From IMG/VR virus record IMGVR_UViG_3300032300_000346, positions 3,595-67,594 of that record: DNA of 64,000 nucleotides. The stretch is one strand, 5' to 3'. Below the pieces are notes generated by a model. It did no database searches. It worked only from the letters and a program-made list of their open reading frames with translations, and was not told the origin of the DNA. Origin of the DNA: a virus (lineage: Duplodnaviria; Caudoviricetes). This document shows, one piece after another, positions 37,244 to 47,104 of this stretch (its first letter is position 1; each line of letters starts with the position of its first letter). The position numbers and the translations under genes are program-made.

Positions 37244-37732
37244 TTATGCTTTTCCGCTTAATTTCTTAATGAGTTCGTTGCGATCTGTAATTACATAACC
37301 CTGACCGTTGATCACGTCATTTGGGTCTTCGTTGTTATCTTTATCAATCTTGTATTTTTTTAGTTGTAGATCTATTGCCTTTAGCTTTTTATCTATTTTA
37401 GCAGATTTAGCATCGATAGCGTTTTTAAGCATTCCACCTGCTACTTCAAATATACGCCCACTGTAACGCACTTCAACATTCATACCTAGATCCATGAGAT
37501 CATCGTAGGCCTTTTCAGCTTTGTTGGCAAGACTATCTAGATCGCTGTCATTTAAATCATTTAATTCAACTATCTGTGGTAAACTCTTGGTTATTTGATT
37601 TACAGCTTCGATGCTGTCATCTAGACTTTTTACTTCTGTGGCTTTTTCTACTAATTCTTCGTTAATAGTCTTAGGCACAACATTTATCTGTTTGTCGTCT
37701 AAATTAAATAATTCTTCAAGTTTTTTGGTCAT
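37244..37732 (-). CDS. putative terminase small subunit (gp16-like)
   Basis: Helical pattern AYDDLMD...RIFEVA...TDRNELIK; next to gp4 and near gp17. Confidence 0.55.
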   Translation of the reverse strand: MTKKLEELFNLDDKQINVVPKTINEELVEKATEVKSLDDSIEAVNQITKSLPQIVELNDLNDSDLDSLANKAEKAYDDLMDLGMNVEVRYSGRIFEVAGGMLKNAIDAKSAKIDKKLKAIDLQLKKYKIDKDNNEDPNDVINGQGYVITDRNELIKKLSGKA

Positions 37733-37743
37733 AGCAATACTTA

Positions 37744-38181
37744 TCAGCGTTTTGAACCTTGATGGAAAATATGTTCCTCGTTGACCACACGAAACTTTAT
37801 ACCTTGCTGTTTACACCATTTAGTGGCAGCTTCCCATTTGGCCAAATTCTTTACATACTGTTGTTGATTATAAACACTCTTGCCGACATTGGCCAACAGT
37901 GTTTGACTAGCTGGTTTTACCTCAACCACTTCTGCATGCTTTGCTCCGTTCTTGTCAACGTAGGTAATAAAAAAATCAGGTACATATATGGTATATTTTC
38001 CTGTCAACGGATCTCTGTAAGGTATTTGTATGCTTTCGCTGGCCCATTTTTCTACACCCTGATGTTCATCTAACATTCGCATAAAAACAAATTCCCAACT
38101 TGATCTTGCCAATGGTGTTTTGGTCCCAACATACTTGCCAGGATTTTTCATTTCGAATCTTCCTTGAGCAAATTTAGCCAT
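37744..38181 (-). CDS. gp4: head completion nuclease (gp4-like, TnsA-like PD-(D/E)xK)
   Basis: QGRF...NP.KY.G...RSSWE..FM..LD....WASE...IPY...Y.PDF...EVKP..Q. Confidence 0.9.
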   Translation of the reverse strand: MAKFAQGRFEMKNPGKYVGTKTPLARSSWEFVFMRMLDEHQGVEKWASESIQIPYRDPLTGKYTIYVPDFFITYVDKNGAKHAEVVEVKPASQTLLANVGKSVYNQQQYVKNLAKWEAATKWCKQQGIKFRVVNEEHIFHQGSKR

Positions 38182-38552
38182 TATGGTAAAATGTTTCTAG
38201 TTTGATTTATCTTAATAACATTTAGGGCTCTGAATCCTAATGAAGATGTGTTGGGACGATATTTGTTGAGAATCTGTGCAACTACTGCACTGAGTTGTGT
38301 ACCGTTGAGTTCTTTCAAGGTGTCTAATATTTCAAAAACAGCAACGCCATCGATTTTGGCCTGCCGCAGTATGGTCATTGCTGTGGTCAAGGCAGCTTCT
38401 TCTTCAAATCCTCTACCTGTAAAAAATCCTATACTGGCAGTGACTTCATTGGAGCCAAATTCCAAAGGGCGGCGGCCGTAGGTATCAAAAAATAATTTTG
38501 TACTTGAAGCACTGTCTGTTTTTGTAACTGCTGGTAAATTAATTGTGCTCAT
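38181..38552 (-). CDS. hypothetical protein (123 aa)
   Basis: Coupled between tube-like gene and gp4. Confidence 0.6.
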   Translation of the reverse strand: MSTINLPAVTKTDSASSTKLFFDTYGRRPLEFGSNEVTASIGFFTGRGFEEEAALTTAMTILRQAKIDGVAVFEILDTLKELNGTQLSAVVAQILNKYRPNTSSLGFRALNVIKINQTRNILP

Positions 38553-39631
38553 GGAAATTCAGTTGGGCTTTCGTTACTGCTGCCAGATGATAATGGGAAT
38601 GTGTTATTGGCTGACTGTGTCTGCAAAACTTTCCTAGTGGCAGTAGTGGCTGCAATAGATCCTAATGCAGCACCTATTTTAGGAAAACTGGCTCCTACAA
38701 TTCCGCCGACTGTGTTGGCCGCTGTTAAAATATTTGCAGGATTTCTCAATTCTCCAATAACTCCATCCACTGTGGGGAATTGTCCCCCATTGTTTTTGTA
38801 GGTATTGATTTGAGAAATTGCTGTGCTTATAAATCCGCCTGGATTTTTCAATATGTTCTTTTTGGTTACATCACCGAATACAGATTCGATGCCACCTAGC
38901 ACATCTCCAACTGAACCCAGCACGTTGCCTAGTCCTAACGAACCTCCTAGCACATTGGGACTTTGCACAACATCGTAAGACAGACTTGCAAATCCATCAG
39001 GCTGTCCATAGGCCACACTGCCCGAAAGATATTTTACACCTTCGTACTCGACAGTCATTGTGTTATCTAGCGGTTCATTCGATGAATAATCTACCTGTCC
39101 GTGAGACCAAGATTTAATTCTTGGCGCCAATAGTTCATATCCGTTAAATCTATGTCTGCTTAGAGTATATAAAGATATTTTTCTAAAAAAGTTTGTTGGG
39201 GTAGCAAAGCCCATTCCATAACTTCCAGAATAATTGAACAGACTCATGGGATGATCGTTTTGACTGTTTCCACCGTCGCTGGCATAGTGTGCGTAGTAGG
39301 CCGAATACATTGAGTGCATTAGACCCGCATTGTCATCGTGGAATGACAAATTAAGAGGGTCGTAATTTATTTTCTTATAAACGTGTTTGGTACGATTGTA
39401 CACATTTTTATTTGACGTATCAAAATTAAATTTAGGCAGGTCAGTTGATTTGATTAGTAGGCTAACTTCTCTTTCAGCACCTGAGAATACAGCATAATAA
39501 AGAAATTTGGTTCTAGGAGTTAATCGATAGTTGTTGTCAACAAATATTCGTGTGGCATGCTGAAAATTCCCAACCACACCTTTGGGTCCTCTGAGAGCAC
39601 TATTTAAAAATCGTGTAAACTTATTGGCCAT
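38549..39631 (-). CDS. tail-tube-like baseplate/tube initiator protein (gp48/gp54-like)
   Basis: gp19-fold pattern LIKSTDLPKF.FD...YDP..LSFHDD...W..G..DY...TVEYE. Confidence 0.6.
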   Translation of the reverse strand: MANKFTRFLNSALRGPKGVVGNFQHATRIFVDNNYRLTPRTKFLYYAVFSGAEREVSLLIKSTDLPKFNFDTSNKNVYNRTKHVYKKINYDPLNLSFHDDNAGLMHSMYSAYYAHYASDGGNSQNDHPMSLFNYSGSYGMGFATPTNFFRKISLYTLSRHRFNGYELLAPRIKSWSHGQVDYSSNEPLDNTMTVEYEGVKYLSGSVAYGQPDGFASLSYDVVQSPNVLGGSLGLGNVLGSVGDVLGGIESVFGDVTKKNILKNPGGFISTAISQINTYKNNGGQFPTVDGVIGELRNPANILTAANTVGGIVGASFPKIGAALGSIAATTATRKVLQTQSANNTFPLSSGSSNESPTEFP

Positions 39632-39647
39632 ATAATTATTTAGTCAT

Positions 39648-39677
39648 AAAAAAAGCCCGAATAATTCGGGCTTTTTT
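39648..39677. terminator. bidirectional rho-independent terminator after tail tube gene
   Basis: AAAAAAGCCCGA-ATAAT-TCGGGCTTTTTT. Confidence 0.85.
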
Positions 39678-39692
39678 GTGTTCGGGTATTAA

Positions 39693-40328
39693 TTAAATAC
39701 CTGAGCTACCTACTGATAAAGCACTAGCTGTTGGTCTAGCTGTACCGGCTGTTCCTATACCAATGACACCAACTGCATCTGGTGTGTGCATTGCATTGTC
39801 ATAAACAATAGTCAATGCCACTGTGGCTGGTTCGTTGGTTGTATAGTTCAAATCACCGTAGTCGGTGTTTTGCAAGAAACATCCATAGCATTCCCAGGTT
39901 TCTAAAACTACTGGAGCAGCAGCTCCGTTACCGCCGTCTAGTATTTCAATACGTGTGGTAAACTTGTAGTCAATACCAGAACGGGCACTGGCCTGCTCAT
40001 GGAAATCGAACTGCTTCTGAATCTGCTGACCAACCAACTTGATAACACTACTGCTGGCATCATCTCTGAGGTTCAGCGTAATATTTTCCCAGGTGTACTT
40101 GCCTGCAATTTTGATCTTGGAATTGTAAATTTCGATTGGAATTTCTTCAAAGGAAACTTTTGGTCGAGTAACGTCCATGACCTGTTTGGTAAGTTCTGTA
40201 CTAGACGATGTGCCGAAACCTAGTAAAGTAACACGAAAGCGATACTTTAGTTTCGGCATCAACATACCGGTATTTGAACCAGGACCAGATGGGTTAATCG
40301 AGTAATTTGTTAATGATGTAATTGCCAT
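39693..40328 (-). CDS. gp19: tail tube protein
   Basis: PKLKYRFRV...DVTRP.V.FEE...AGK.TW..IT..LRDD...W...GCF....YGDL.Y; directly downstream of sheath. Confidence 0.85.
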   Translation of the reverse strand: MAITSLTNYSINPSGPGSNTGMLMPKLKYRFRVTLLGFGTSSSTELTKQVMDVTRPKVSFEEIPIEIYNSKIKIAGKYTWENITLNLRDDASSSVIKLVGQQIQKQFDFHEQASARSGIDYKFTTRIEILDGGNGAAAPVVLETWECYGCFLQNTDYGDLNYTTNEPATVALTIVYDNAMHTPDAVGVIGIGTAGTARPTASALSVGSSGI

Positions 40329-40358
40329 TGTCTTATGCTCCGATATTGTATTTATTCA

Positions 40359-43300
40359 TTAAATCTCACCTGTGTTCTTGAGACGCAATGGTATGTAAAT
40401 AAATTCAACGGCCTTGGTTGGCTCAATGGCAACATCTACATATAATTCATTACGATCAATTCTACTCGGTGTGTTGTTGGATTCGTCGCATACTACTGCA
40501 AAGTCATAGATAGCTCTTAGACCCACTAATTCCAGCAACAAACTTTCTACAGCTTGTTTGATCTCGTCACGAGTGATAGAATCGTTTGGCTCAAAGATAT
40601 ATGGACGAGCAAGTTTTGTCAACTGGCTGCGTAGATATACAACTAGACGTGCTACATTGATGCGATCTAGTGCTGATGCATTTCTTGCACGAGTCTTTTG
40701 ACCATAAGCTACTAATCCTGTACCTACAAAGAACGGAATTGGATTAACTTTTAGATCATACAGTGTATCTCTCTGACCGTTGTTTAGAGCAACACTTTGG
40801 AATTCACCTGTCAATGAATCAATGTATCCCACTGCTGTGGCATTGGTAATACCGCCACGACGTGTGCCTGCTGGAGCAAACCATGGAAAGCTCACTTGGT
40901 CGCTTAGAGCAATGGTTCTCAGCATCATGTGACTAGCCGGAACCACAGCATTTGCACCTGTAAGGTCAGTAGTAAATCCATTTGGATAGTAAACCGCTGC
41001 ATATTCGTCATAGGTAACAATGCCATTATCTCCGTTGTCCAGTGCTAGATTAGCATTGGTACCCCAGGTTGTTAGGCTTGTTGCATCGCTCTTTAAACGC
41101 AATGGTGTATCACCAACCACAAATGCTGTGACCTTGCGATCCAGATTCAAGTTGATTAGATTGCTAAGTGCTTCTGGATATCCAGGGCAAGCAATTAGGT
41201 TGAAGTTTCTGCGTTCTTCATCACGTGCTTCTTCGCTGGTATCAATCGCGCTCTTCAATGCAGCAACAACAGCTGATCTTTGTGCCTTACGACCAAAGCT
41301 GCCTGAACCATCTTCATTGTTAGGACTAGCTGTGGTCCAACGATCTGGCCAATATGCTTCCATACTTGGTGATCCAGATTGTCTTAGGTTGTCTGCTGTG
41401 GTGTCAATATAACCATTGTTGTATTTCTTAACGTTTCCACCGCTTCTACGTAGATTCCACAGCAACATGCCTTTTGGATATAGGTCTGGATCTGGTGCAT
41501 CTGGATCTAAGAAGTCATCGGTCAACAAGTCTTTGATTGATCCAGTAGGTGCAGCAGTGGCTGAACCACCACTAGTACCTGCACGAGCATCAGCAAATAA
41601 AACACCTTCTTCTGTGGTTTGATCAGTCTTGTCAACTAATACCCATTTTTGTGCAAGTTTTGTGCCTGCGTCAGGGTTGAATTTGTATATGCTTGGGAAG
41701 TTTTCTAGATCAGCTGTGCTGATCCAAATGTCACCGCTGACTAAGGCAGTACCGTCGGTTTGTGTTTCTGGCATTGATGCAGATACAATCGGACCTTCTG
41801 GATCAGTTGTAGCATATCCTGCAAAGTTTTGATAACCTACCCATGTTGTTCCATTGTGTATCATTAGATCCACTTCGCCAAATGCAGGATTGTACCATAG
41901 TTGTCCATCTGCTGGTTCTTCTAATGGTGCATCTGGTGTAGCAGCAAATACATCATTGACTAATGGAATCCACAAAGAAGCCAGGTAACTTTCTGGTGCA
42001 CCTGTGGCCAACCCACTTGACAATGCGTAGAAATTACTGGTTCCTGCACCTGTTGCTACATTGTAGGCTGCAAACAGTGTTCCAAAAGTAGTGCCTGTGA
42101 CATCAGTTAATCTAATGTCGCCGCCGGTCTTGTGTGTAAGTACCAATTCGTTATTGGTTGTAACACTAGCCACCACGTTATTTGTAATGGCAGCGGCTGT
42201 TGAGTCTAGGTAACTAGCACTATTGATCAATCCTGCGATAGTAAATGCATCGTCGGCTGTGCCTGCCGCTGTAAATGAAAATGTTGTTGCTCCACTTAGT
42301 GCTACGTCACCAACAATTGATTGTTTGATTGAGAACGTTCTTGCTACTGTACTTAGTGTGCCTACAGTAATAATTTTAGATTTTATCGAAGTTGTGCCGC
42401 TGGCAGCTCTTTTCCACAATCTAAATGTGGCATTAGCCAGTGTTTCATCCATGGCATCAAAACCATTTAGTGCTCCAGTAGTAGCAGAATATGATCCTGC
42501 GTGTTCTCTGGCATTTGTTTGCACAAATAATGCATCTTTAGGAAGATTTGTGCCGCCACCTGATTTATCTAAAAAGTACAAGGCAGAGTGCGGAGTTGCG
42601 TACAAAGGTGCTTCATTGGCTACCCAAGCATCAGTACTTTGATTGTAGCGTTTTACTCTCCAACGAGCTCCATTGTTTGGCTCAGTAGTTTTTAGCCATA
42701 CAGAACCTGTAGGACGAGCATTTACAGTAGATCCAAAATCTGATCTCTTAAACAATGGTATGCTGGTGTGTGGCTGTTGAGCCAGTACTGGACACATGTA
42801 TGTGCCAGCCGCAATGTTCAATTTGCCAGTACCAGTACCTAGTGCAGTTCCACTGAGTACAATACCGCCAGTTCCGCCGCCAATTGCAGTGGAGTCACCG
42901 CCTGTAGCAGTAGAAGTACCGTCACTGTATAGATACAATCTGTTGTTGCGAACTTCCGCTGTGATACCGCTGCCGTTCATGAGGGTTGTAATGCTGGTTA
43001 AACAGGCAATAAGATCAACGCCTACTGTGATAGAAACATCGTTAATAATCAATGTGCCTGATAATGCACCAGTCACTGCTGCTGAGCTAAATGCTGTAGG
43101 GTGACTAGCAGCCCAATTAGGACTGCCAACTAGTACCCAAGCACCAGCATTGATGCCCATTCCACTATTGCCGTTGCTCTTGTAGTACATTCTTACCAGT
43201 TCATCATCAGCTAAAAATGTTCCGTCGCCGGCTGCTGTTTGAAACACAACAGCATAGTCACCGATTGTGCCTACTGATTCTTTAGGAGCATTGCTGTTGA

Positions 43301-43829
43301 TATTGTCAAGATCAGCGTCTGTGAGCACTAATGGAGTTTTAGCAGTGAATTTTTGACCACTGTCTGCTAAGGCTAAACCGTTCCATTCGTTAATACCCCA
43401 AGTAGTGGTTTGTGTGTCTACCCACCATTTGCCATCAGCTGGGTCCGCTCCCGGTGCATCTGTTTTACCTTCTAATTCATTTAGGTTAATATCTGCACGT
43501 AGTATGAATGCAGAATTTGAAACACCCAACAAGCTGTAAGCAGCTAGAAGACCGTATTCGTTTCTTTCTCCACCGTGTATAGGACTGGCCGATACTGTCT
43601 TTTCAAAGAACGGTGAACCAAATGTATCAACGAGTTCTCGTTGACTTGTAACTCTAAATACCTTACCTGCATTGGCTGCAGTGGTACCCGAAGCTGTGCC
43701 TGTGCCAGCTCCGTTTATTTTGTTTTCAGCAGTGGCTACAACAATTAACGGAACCGTACCTGGTTCGGCTGGAGTATAAAAACTCTCGTCAATTACTTGT
43801 ACTTCTACGCCTGGTGATGTTAGTGCCAT
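40359..43829 (-). CDS. gp18: contractile tail sheath protein with large central insertion
   Basis: MAL.SPGV.V...DES N-terminus; PW.APAG.RRG, RD.LY...VNPI, G..T, ALDRINV.RL, FEPND, P.K..EFI. Confidence 0.95.
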   Translation of the reverse strand: MALTSPGVEVQVIDESFYTPAEPGTVPLIVVATAENKINGAGTGTASGTTAANAGKVFRVTSQRELVDTFGSPFFEKTVSASPIHGGERNEYGLLAAYSLLGVSNSAFILRADINLNELEGKTDAPGADPADGKWWVDTQTTTWGINEWNGLALADSGQKFTAKTPLVLTDADLDNINSNAPKESVGTIGDYAVVFQTAAGDGTFLADDELVRMYYKSNGNSGMGINAGAWVLVGSPNWAASHPTAFSSAAVTGALSGTLIINDVSITVGVDLIACLTSITTLMNGSGITAEVRNNRLYLYSDGTSTATGGDSTAIGGGTGGIVLSGTALGTGTGKLNIAAGTYMCPVLAQQPHTSIPLFKRSDFGSTVNARPTGSVWLKTTEPNNGARWRVKRYNQSTDAWVANEAPLYATPHSALYFLDKSGGGTNLPKDALFVQTNAREHAGSYSATTGALNGFDAMDETLANATFRLWKRAASGTTSIKSKIITVGTLSTVARTFSIKQSIVGDVALSGATTFSFTAAGTADDAFTIAGLINSASYLDSTAAAITNNVVASVTTNNELVLTHKTGGDIRLTDVTGTTFGTLFAAYNVATGAGTSNFYALSSGLATGAPESYLASLWIPLVNDVFAATPDAPLEEPADGQLWYNPAFGEVDLMIHNGTTWVGYQNFAGYATTDPEGPIVSASMPETQTDGTALVSGDIWISTADLENFPSIYKFNPDAGTKLAQKWVLVDKTDQTTEEGVLFADARAGTSGGSATAAPTGSIKDLLTDDFLDPDAPDPDLYPKGMLLWNLRRSGGNVKKYNNGYIDTTADNLRQSGSPSMEAYWPDRWTTASPNNEDGSGSFGRKAQRSAVVAALKSAIDTSEEARDEERRNFNLIACPGYPEALSNLINLNLDRKVTAFVVGDTPLRLKSDATSLTTWGTNANLALDNGDNGIVTYDEYAAVYYPNGFTTDLTGANAVVPASHMMLRTIALSDQVSFPWFAPAGTRRGGITNATAVGYIDSLTGEFQSVALNNGQRDTLYDLKVNPIPFFVGTGLVAYGQKTRARNASALDRINVARLVVYLRSQLTKLARPYIFEPNDSITRDEIKQAVESLLLELVGLRAIYDFAVVCDESNNTPSRIDRNELYVDVAIEPTKAVEFIYIPLRLKNTGEI

Positions 43830-43863
43830 TCGACTGTCTCCTAGGGTTAAATCAATGTACTAT

Positions 43864-43871
43864 TATTTAGC
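43864..43871 (-). promoter_or_regulatory. late-type promoter for tail sheath
   Basis: GCTAAATA upstream of AGGAG SD; same motif precedes gp19 (40349-40356), gp17 (35379-35385) and other structural genes. Confidence 0.65.
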
Positions 43872-43936
43872 GGCATCATTAAAAAACCCCAGGATATACA
43901 AGATTGAAAAGGGGCTGAAAAGGTGTAAATAGTTTT

Positions 43937-44272
43937 ATGAGACCCCTTTGTAAGTGCGGACAACGACCCCGTGCTGTTAACTATAAAAAGAACAACAAGA
44001 TCTACTATCGATCATTGTGCGAGATCTGTATGGCCAATGGTCTAGGCTTTGGTATTCCTAGATGGCATCGCGCTGGGTATCGAATTAAAAATCAATGTGA
44101 CAAGTGTGGATTTCGCTCAACCCACAAAGAAGTTTTTAGAGTATTTCACATAGACGGTAATCTAGATAATTGTCGACACAGCAATTTAAAAACTGTGTGT
44201 TCTAATTGTGCTCAAATACTAGGCAAAGAAGGAATCACTTGGCGACAGGGAGATCTTGTCGCCGACTACTAG
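43937..44272 (+). CDS. HNH-like zinc-binding protein
   Basis: CDKC...FHIDGN..N...NL..VC.NC; extra N-terminal Cys motifs; own GTAAATA promoter. Confidence 0.75.
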   Translation: MRPLCKCGQRPRAVNYKKNNKIYYRSLCEICMANGLGFGIPRWHRAGYRIKNQCDKCGFRSTHKEVFRVFHIDGNLDNCRHSNLKTVCSNCAQILGKEGITWRQGDLVADY

Positions 44273-44875
44273 ACTAGCCGACTGTCTATAAAGGTCGTCA
44301 ATAGAACCATTGTTGTCGATTACTACATCAAAGTCGCTGCCTAACCAAGCCCACTCGCTGGCGTGTATCTTGCGCATTTTCATTGCGTTCAATCCCACGT
44401 TGTTGCCTTGATTTGCACTGACTGCATCTGCATACCAGTCGGGCAGTGTACCTCTTTGTACCCAAACAATGCTACCTCCTGCCTGTTTTAGAGATTCAAT
44501 TTCATTGGGAAATCTGCAATCTGAAATTACAATATTATCTCGACTGTTGCGCAGTTTGTTTTCTAGGCTAGCAATCCATATATCATCGTGAAATGCCTTA
44601 CGACAAACTTCAGTACCCCAATATTGCAACACCCATCTTGGAGTTAATGTGGGCATATCAAGTCTAGCGGCCCACCATGGATCTACTTGTTCGCGCCATT
44701 CACGGGCTTCTTTGGTACGGCCTTCTAGCATGGTTCTATCCCAACCGAATACTGATGCCACTGCATCTTTTAAAGTTGATGCAAAGCTCTCTCGTCTAAA
44801 TTCGTGAAAGTTTTGTAAGTAATCTGCAACGGTATCCTTACCACTGCCTATAAAGCCGCATACACCTATAATCAT
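44219..44875 (-). CDS. gp1: deoxynucleoside monophosphate kinase
   Basis: IIG.CG..GSGKDT, FA..LK, TPR..LQ..GTE, ISDCRF.NE, H.SE; start at ATG 44875. Confidence 0.92.
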   Translation of the reverse strand: MIIGVCGFIGSGKDTVADYLQNFHEFRRESFASTLKDAVASVFGWDRTMLEGRTKEAREWREQVDPWWAARLDMPTLTPRWVLQYWGTEVCRKAFHDDIWIASLENKLRNSRDNIVISDCRFPNEIESLKQAGGSIVWVQRGTLPDWYADAVSANQGNNVGLNAMKMRKIHASEWAWLGSDFDVVIDNNGSIDDLYRQSASLVVGDKISLSPSDSFFA

Positions 44876-44895
44876 AATATTCTCCAACTGTATAA

Positions 44896-44924
44896 AGTAT
44901 ACAGGAGAATACCATCGGAGTCAA
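44896..44924 (-). promoter_or_regulatory. sigma70-type promoter for dNMP kinase
   Basis: TTGACT-N17-TATACT. Confidence 0.8.
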
Positions 44925-45679
44925 CCTATAATAAAAGTATATCCTTGGCCGCCCGGTACTAATTTTATCAAATCATCTGTGAGTTTTTCAATTTCAGCAG
45001 TGGCTTCTGCTTTCATTGCCGCACCGTTTAGACTGCTTCCACCTTGCGGGCCAGCAATTTGAGCAAATTTTTCACGAGCTTGACCTAGCATCATCTTGCA
45101 GTTGGCTAAACTATAGTCTTTGATCCATTGTCCTGCATAGGTATCGTCAATAATAGCAAAATCTGGTTTAGTATTGTAAACCCATAACATCACTTCTTCA
45201 TCACCCCTAGGACGCTGTTGAATCATTATCTTGCGACTTTGTGGTTGCCAGGTAAAATTAATAAAAGATCCAAACATCTTGCCTACTAATTCTTGATAAC
45301 CACTGAATAATTCGTAGGTTAATAGTCCGCCCATATTTGTCGAACTTAACAAATAGGTGTTGGTATAGGCCATGTTAAACGGCTCAAATACTGTGCCACC
45401 GGTGCCGTTACCACTTCTTGATCCAACTGATCTACGAAATATCTGTCGAACCTGTTGTACTTCTTTGGGTAAAATATATTCTTGCTGATTTTCTCTCAGC
45501 GTTAAAAACGCATAACTTTCTTCAACGGCATTATCTGAACGCTGTCGAAATACGCCTAATGCTCTGTTTAGTGCAGTTTCGTAATGTATGGGATCTAGCT
45601 CTACGTCAATCATGCCGTCGCCTAGCATGGCTTTGCAGTAACTAAAAACTTCTTGCTTGGATTGGTCTATTTGGCTCAT
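44921..45679 (-). CDS. gp13: neck protein (gp13-like)
   Basis: LG..MIDVEL...H...AL......W.KDY.LA..K...G.AR.KF....GP.GG..LNG; start at ATG 45679. Confidence 0.85.
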   Translation of the reverse strand: MSQIDQSKQEVFSYCKAMLGDGMIDVELDPIHYETALNRALGVFRQRSDNAVEESYAFLTLRENQQEYILPKEVQQVRQIFRRSVGSRSGNGTGGTVFEPFNMAYTNTYLLSSTNMGGLLTYELFSGYQELVGKMFGSFINFTWQPQSRKIMIQQRPRGDEEVMLWVYNTKPDFAIIDDTYAGQWIKDYSLANCKMMLGQAREKFAQIAGPQGGSSLNGAAMKAEATAEIEKLTDDLIKLVPGGQGYTFIIG

Positions 45680-45684
45680 ACAAC

Positions 45685-45705
45685 TATTTATCGTAGCGGT
45701 AAATA
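45685..45705. promoter_or_regulatory. divergent late-type promoters for gp13 and gp14
   Basis: GATAAATA (-, 45685-45692) and GTAAATA (+, 45699-45705). Confidence 0.7.
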
Positions 45706-45712
45706 TATGACT

Positions 45713-47104
45713 ATGCCAAGACTGAGCCTTTACCGTCCTGAAAAGGGCAATGATTATAAATTTATAGATAAAAATATCTGGGAAATGTTCCAGGTTGGTG
45801 GTACTGATGTGTTTATACATCGATATCTAGGTCCCGGATCTACTGGGAATACTGCCTCTCCTACACAACCCGTATATAACACCAGTGATCCTACACAAAT
45901 CCAAGACCTGCTGTTTTTAGAAAACAGAGATCGCAAGTATGATCCCGATATCTATATTATGCGAGGAGTGTACAGCCTTCAAGATCTAGATTTTAATCTA
46001 AGCCAGTTTGGATTATTTTTACAAAACGATACTGTTTTTATTACGTTTCATATCAACGACACTATAGAAAAATTAGGCCGTAAGTTGATCAGTGGAGATG
46101 TTATAGAACTGCCGCATTTAAAAGATGATCATGCTCTTAATGACTTTCAATTTGCTCTTAAAAGATTCTATGTAATTGAAGAAGTAAATAGGGCTGCAGA
46201 AGGATTCTCAGTTACTTGGTATCCGCATCTATATCGTGCCAAATGTAAACCTCTAGTTGACAGTCAAGAATTTAAAGAAATACTAGATCAAGTTGCTAAT
46301 AAAGATGCAATGGTTGGTACATACAACTCTGCTGTAACCTATTATCCAGGTGATGTTGTTACTGGGTTGGATGGAAAAAATTATACAGTGCTACAAGAAG
46401 TAACTGGAGTTGCACCTCCTAATGCTACCTATTATGAACTAGCTGACAGTCTAAGAAACATAATGAGCACCTACGAAAAAGAAATGCAGATCACTCAGGC
46501 AGTGCTTGATCAGGCTGAAGCAGATGCTCCAAGAAGTGGCTCAGACACCACACAGTTTTATACTCTTACCGTAGACGCAAATCAATTACCTGTACTGGTC
46601 AGCGCAGATAACAGCCTATTAGATGCTAGTTTGGAAACTCAGGCCACTGACGAAGCAGGCAATCTCTTGTTTAATACCGACGGTACTCCTGTATACGTAG
46701 GATCCACTGCTGCCACCGCTCTATTATCGTCGGAAGTATCTGGTTATAACGGATATCTTGTTGGTGATAGCGTTCCTCCAAATGGTGCTCCATTCACAGC
46801 CGGTATAGCCTTTCCATTAGCTCCTGCAGATGGTCAATTCTGTCTTAGAAAAGATTATTTTCCATATAGATTGTTTAGATACAATGGATCAAGATGGGTC
46901 AAGGTTGAAGACCAGGTTAGAATGACCATGAGTAACTTGGGACCAAGTGATGTAGGTGTAGGTGATCAATTTGAAGGCAAGGATGTTCGCCAGACACAAA
47001 AAGCTGGATTCATCAACAATACAAATACCGACACAATAAATGGACACACTGTGAAAGAAAGACAGAGTCTCAGCAAGGCTCTTAGACCAGAGGCAGATGA
47101 ATAA
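45713..47104 (+). CDS. neck/head-closure protein (gp14-like) with insertion
   Basis: LLFLENRDRKY, LSQFGL, GDVIELP; divergent from gp13, upstream of gp15; start at ATG 45713. Confidence 0.65.
   Translation: MPRLSLYRPEKGNDYKFIDKNIWEMFQVGGTDVFIHRYLGPGSTGNTASPTQPVYNTSDPTQIQDLLFLENRDRKYDPDIYIMRGVYSLQDLDFNLSQFGLFLQNDTVFITFHINDTIEKLGRKLISGDVIELPHLKDDHALNDFQFALKRFYVIEEVNRAAEGFSVTWYPHLYRAKCKPLVDSQEFKEILDQVANKDAMVGTYNSAVTYYPGDVVTGLDGKNYTVLQEVTGVAPPNATYYELADSLRNIMSTYEKEMQITQAVLDQAEADAPRSGSDTTQFYTLTVDANQLPVLVSADNSLLDASLETQATDEAGNLLFNTDGTPVYVGSTAATALLSSEVSGYNGYLVGDSVPPNGAPFTAGIAFPLAPADGQFCLRKDYFPYRLFRYNGSRWVKVEDQVRMTMSNLGPSDVGVGDQFEGKDVRQTQKAGFINNTNTDTINGHTVKERQSLSKALRPEADE

Noticed and set aside
43872-43924. 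AAAAGGGG/GAAAAGG direct repeats and a CCCC/GGGG pairing in the sheath-HNH intergenic region
   Set aside because: Too short and low-complexity to assign as origin, riboswitch or operator without comparative data.
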